A stretch of DNA of 64,000 nt. Origin: Fimbriimonadia bacterium (GTDB lineage: Bacteria > Armatimonadota > Fimbriimonadia > Fimbriimonadales > JABRVX01). Position 1 is the stretch's first letter. The number at the start of each line of letters is the position of its first letter. The stretch is from the NCBI GenBank assembly GCA_041483895.1, contig JBGPGO010000009.1, positions 64,001 through 128,000 on the forward strand, written 5' to 3'. Positions 61,580 to 64,000 of the stretch are shown piece after piece. The position numbers and the translations under genes were made by a program. A model generated the notes under the pieces. That model was not told the DNA's origin. It saw only the letters and a program-made list of their open reading frames with translations, and made no database searches.

Positions 61580-64000
61580 CTATTCGGCAATCCGAACCGT
61601 AATGAAGATCACGACCTCCGAAGACACCTTGCTCTTCGAGCGATGCCTGAAGAACTGGCCGAGGACCGGCAGATCGGCAAGGATTGGAGTGTGCGTGATC
61701 GTTTCGATGTCCTCTTCCCGTATCAATCCGCCGATCACTAGCGTGGCGCCGTCGCGGAGGCGGACGGTGGTGTCCATGTAGCGCGTGGAGATCTGCGGCA
61801 GCTTTCCTCCGCCAGGTACGTCGTTGAATGCGGAGATCAGGCTGACCTCCGGATGGATCGCCAGGGTGATCCAACCGTCGGAGGAGACGCGGGGCACAGC
61901 GGCAAGTTGGATACCGGCATTTACGGTACCGATTTGGAAGGTGGTGCCCTGCGGCGTCTGGGACTGGCTCTCGATGTACTTCACCAGGTCGCCGATGAAG
62001 ATCTCGGTCTTTTCGCCATCGATGACCGACACCTTGGGACTGGCCAGCAGCCGAGAGCGCTTGTTGGTCACCAGCGCGTCCAGGAACCCGTTAATCGAGC
62101 CAAGGAACGAGCGTGGATTGAGCGACAGGTTGAACGCCTGCACGATCGGATCGCCGATGGGACCAAAGGTCTTGTTCCAGGAATTGCCGTTGGTTTGGTC
62201 GTTTCCGTTCGTGTTCGTCGAATTGCCGTTCTTGTCCGTGTTCGTCGTGTTGTTGTTCGTGCCGTTCGTTTGCGACTGGGTTGTCGTGACCTTTTCTACG
62301 GTCTGCAGGTTGAGGACGCCGTTGTTGAACACGTCCCACTGAATGCCGAGTTTATCGAGGTCGTCCCGGAGGACATCCATCACTTTCGCTTCGATCACGA
62401 CCTGCGGCGGGGCCTTGTCCAACCTCGTCATCATCTCGATGGCCTCATCCACGCGATCTTCGGTGCCCCGGACGATCAAGGTTCGCGGCCCGTGCGTGTT
62501 GCGCTTCTCGCCGGTCTTCTGAGCATTTGCAATATTGCCGAGCTGCTCGCTCTCATTGCCGCCCTGATTCCCGCCCTGATTGCCGGTCGGGCCGTTGGAT
62601 TGATTGCCGGCATTGCTGTTGCCGGCGCTCGGGGCCTTACCTGTGGTGCCGCCTGTGCCGGCGCCCGCCTGCGCGGCAACATCCAGCTTGGTGCCCGGGA
62701 GGTTCACTGCCGGCATGATTCCCGCCGCACCCAATCGGACCTGAACGCCGTTCACAAGCGATCCCGGTCCGGTGAAATAGGCCGCCAGGTCGCGGGAGTC
62801 GACATACTTCACTGTGTAGGTTTTCATCACAATCTGCTGTGCGGCGGTCGTAGGCTCCATTTCGGCGAGCATCCGGATCGCATCGTTCACCGCGTTCTTC
62901 GGACCCGCAAGGGAGATCTGTCCGGAGCCCATCGGCGTGGCCCGGACGCCCATCGCGTTGCCGCCGTTGTTGGTTAGCATGGCTTGAAGCTCCGTCGCAG
63001 TGAAGCTTCTCGAAACATAGAGCTGCGTCACGATCGGATCCGGAACATCAACCCGATCGAGAATCGCCATCGCTTGATTCACCAAGCCGCGAGGTCCCGT
63101 CACGATGATCTGACGCGTGCCTTGACCGGCGACCTCTTTGCTGGACGAGGTCTTGGAACCGACGCCATTCACGTCTTCCTTGGTCTCGTTTACGATCGAG
63201 GAGGAAAGCGAAGGCATGATGTCTTTGCCGCCAACCATCACGCTTATGCCGGGCACCAGGCTCTTCGACTTCGTCTTATCGTCGTCCACAAAGAGGCGCG
63301 CCAGGTCCGCGGCGTCCCGATACTTCGCGAAATAGATTTCGGTAACGACCCGCTGCTCTTCGCCCGGCTGCGGCGTGTCCGAACCCGTCCACCGGGTCAG
63401 GTATTCCGGCTTGCCCACGATGTAGGTGTTGCCTTCTTTCACATACTTGTAGCCGGAAAGCGTGGTGACCAAGTCGAGGGCATTCGTCAGCGATTCGCCT
63501 TTGAGGGAGATAGTGAGGTTGCCCGTCACGTCGGGCGCAGTCACGATATTGGAGCCGGTCTGGGCCGCGAGGGCTTTGAGTATCTGCACGATGCTTGTGT
63601 TCGTGAAATCCAATGAAACGCCAGGACCCTGCTCGCCGAAATTGGCGCGTTCCGTCCGATCGCCCTCTTCCGTCCGTTCCGCGACGAACTCGCCCTTCAC
63701 TTTTGGCTTGGGTTTGGCGGCGATGATGTTGGTCTTCTTTGTCTTTTTCTTGGGAAGCGCGCCGACGCCGTCCTGCATCTTGCCCATGCCATCGACCAGG
63801 TTTTCCTTGCCAGTGGCAACGATGACGGTCGGTTCAGCCGGTTTGCTCAGCCGCGCCGAGGCGGAGTCTCCCACTGGTGTTTGGATAGCCCCACTTGTCA
63901 GAGTCGGCTGTGCTGCCGTCTTCACTTTCGCGGCATGCCGATCCGGTGAGGTCGCTGGAACTTCGACGCCAATACCGATTACCCAGTCGCCGTTGGGCTC
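61580..64000 (-). CDS. Secretin (GspD/PilQ family), 5' end beyond the window
   Basis: VSLDF N0-like domain, N-repeats, QVVIEAKV, LLASPKV, VIGGLI, PILADLPVLGQFF; frame stays open to 64000. Confidence 0.92.
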   Translation of the reverse strand, partial: EPNGDWVIGIGVEVPATSPDRHAAKVKTAAQPTLTSGAIQTPVGDSASARLSKPAEPTVIVATGKENLVDGMGKMQDGVGALPKKKTKKTNIIAAKPKPKVKGEFVAERTEEGDRTERANFGEQGPGVSLDFTNTSIVQILKALAAQTGSNIVTAPDVTGNLTISLKGESLTNALDLVTTLSGYKYVKEGNTYIVGKPEYLTRWTGSDTPQPGEEQRVVTEIYFAKYRDAADLARLFVDDDKTKSKSLVPGISVMVGGKDIMPSLSSSIVNETKEDVNGVGSKTSSSKEVAGQGTRQIIVTGPRGLVNQAMAILDRVDVPDPIVTQLYVSRSFTATELQAMLTNNGGNAMGVRATPMGSGQISLAGPKNAVNDAIRMLAEMEPTTAAQQIVMKTYTVKYVDSRDLAAYFTGPGSLVNGVQVRLGAAGIMPAVNLPGTKLDVAAQAGAGTGGTTGKAPSAGNSNAGNQSNGPTGNQGGNQGGNESEQLGNIANAQKTGEKRNTHGPRTLIVRGTEDRVDEAIEMMTRLDKAPPQVVIEAKVMDVLRDDLDKLGIQWDVFNNGVLNLQTVEKVTTTQSQTNGTNNNTTNTDKNGNSTNTNGNDQTNGNSWNKTFGPIGDPIVQAFNLSLNPRSFLGSINGFLDALVTNKRSRLLASPKVSVIDGEKTEIFIGDLVKYIESQSQTPQGTTFQIGTVNAGIQLAAVPRVSSDGWITLAIHPEVSLISAFNDVPGGGKLPQISTRYMDTTVRLRDGATLVIGGLIREEDIETITHTPILADLPVLGQFFRHRSKSKVSSEVVIFITVRIAE

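Overview
Bacterial chromosomal window of roughly 60% GC by eye. The 16S rRNA, PEP-CTERM proteins, secretin and many dockerin-tailed secreted proteins suggest a diderm, most likely Armatimonadota; this is an inference that needs 16S classification. Housekeeping genes are trpB, uvrA, apgM, grpE, glmM, coaX, queF, ppa, rsgA and ftsZ, plus three tRNAs. The 16S rRNA gene stands alone with no 23S after it and is followed by a small defence/TA-rich island (PD-(D/E)xK-like protein, HicBA, Mrr, MNT-HEPN). Most notable: (1) seven secreted proteins with unrelated N-terminal cargo (S8 protease, two M12B proteases, two cupredoxins, a TolB-like propeller, an unknown domain) share one ~140-aa C-terminal beta-sandwich plus double EF-hand module resembling an X-module/dockerin, a candidate cellulosome-like surface display system; (2) a four-gene operon of ECF sigma, soluble zinc anti-sigma, TPR-CHAT protease and dockerin-tagged subtilase; (3) a shared palindromic operator at identical spacing in the uvrA and mrr promoters (candidate SOS box); (4) long structured leaders before an HNH gene and a Cys-rich secreted protein; (5) several REP-like families, a 70-bp hairpin array, a tandem duplication leaving an orphan PEP-CTERM tail, and a G-tract frameshift in a signal peptide. 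No CRISPR array, transposase or prophage was seen. All product calls come from motif recognition by eye; no searches were run.
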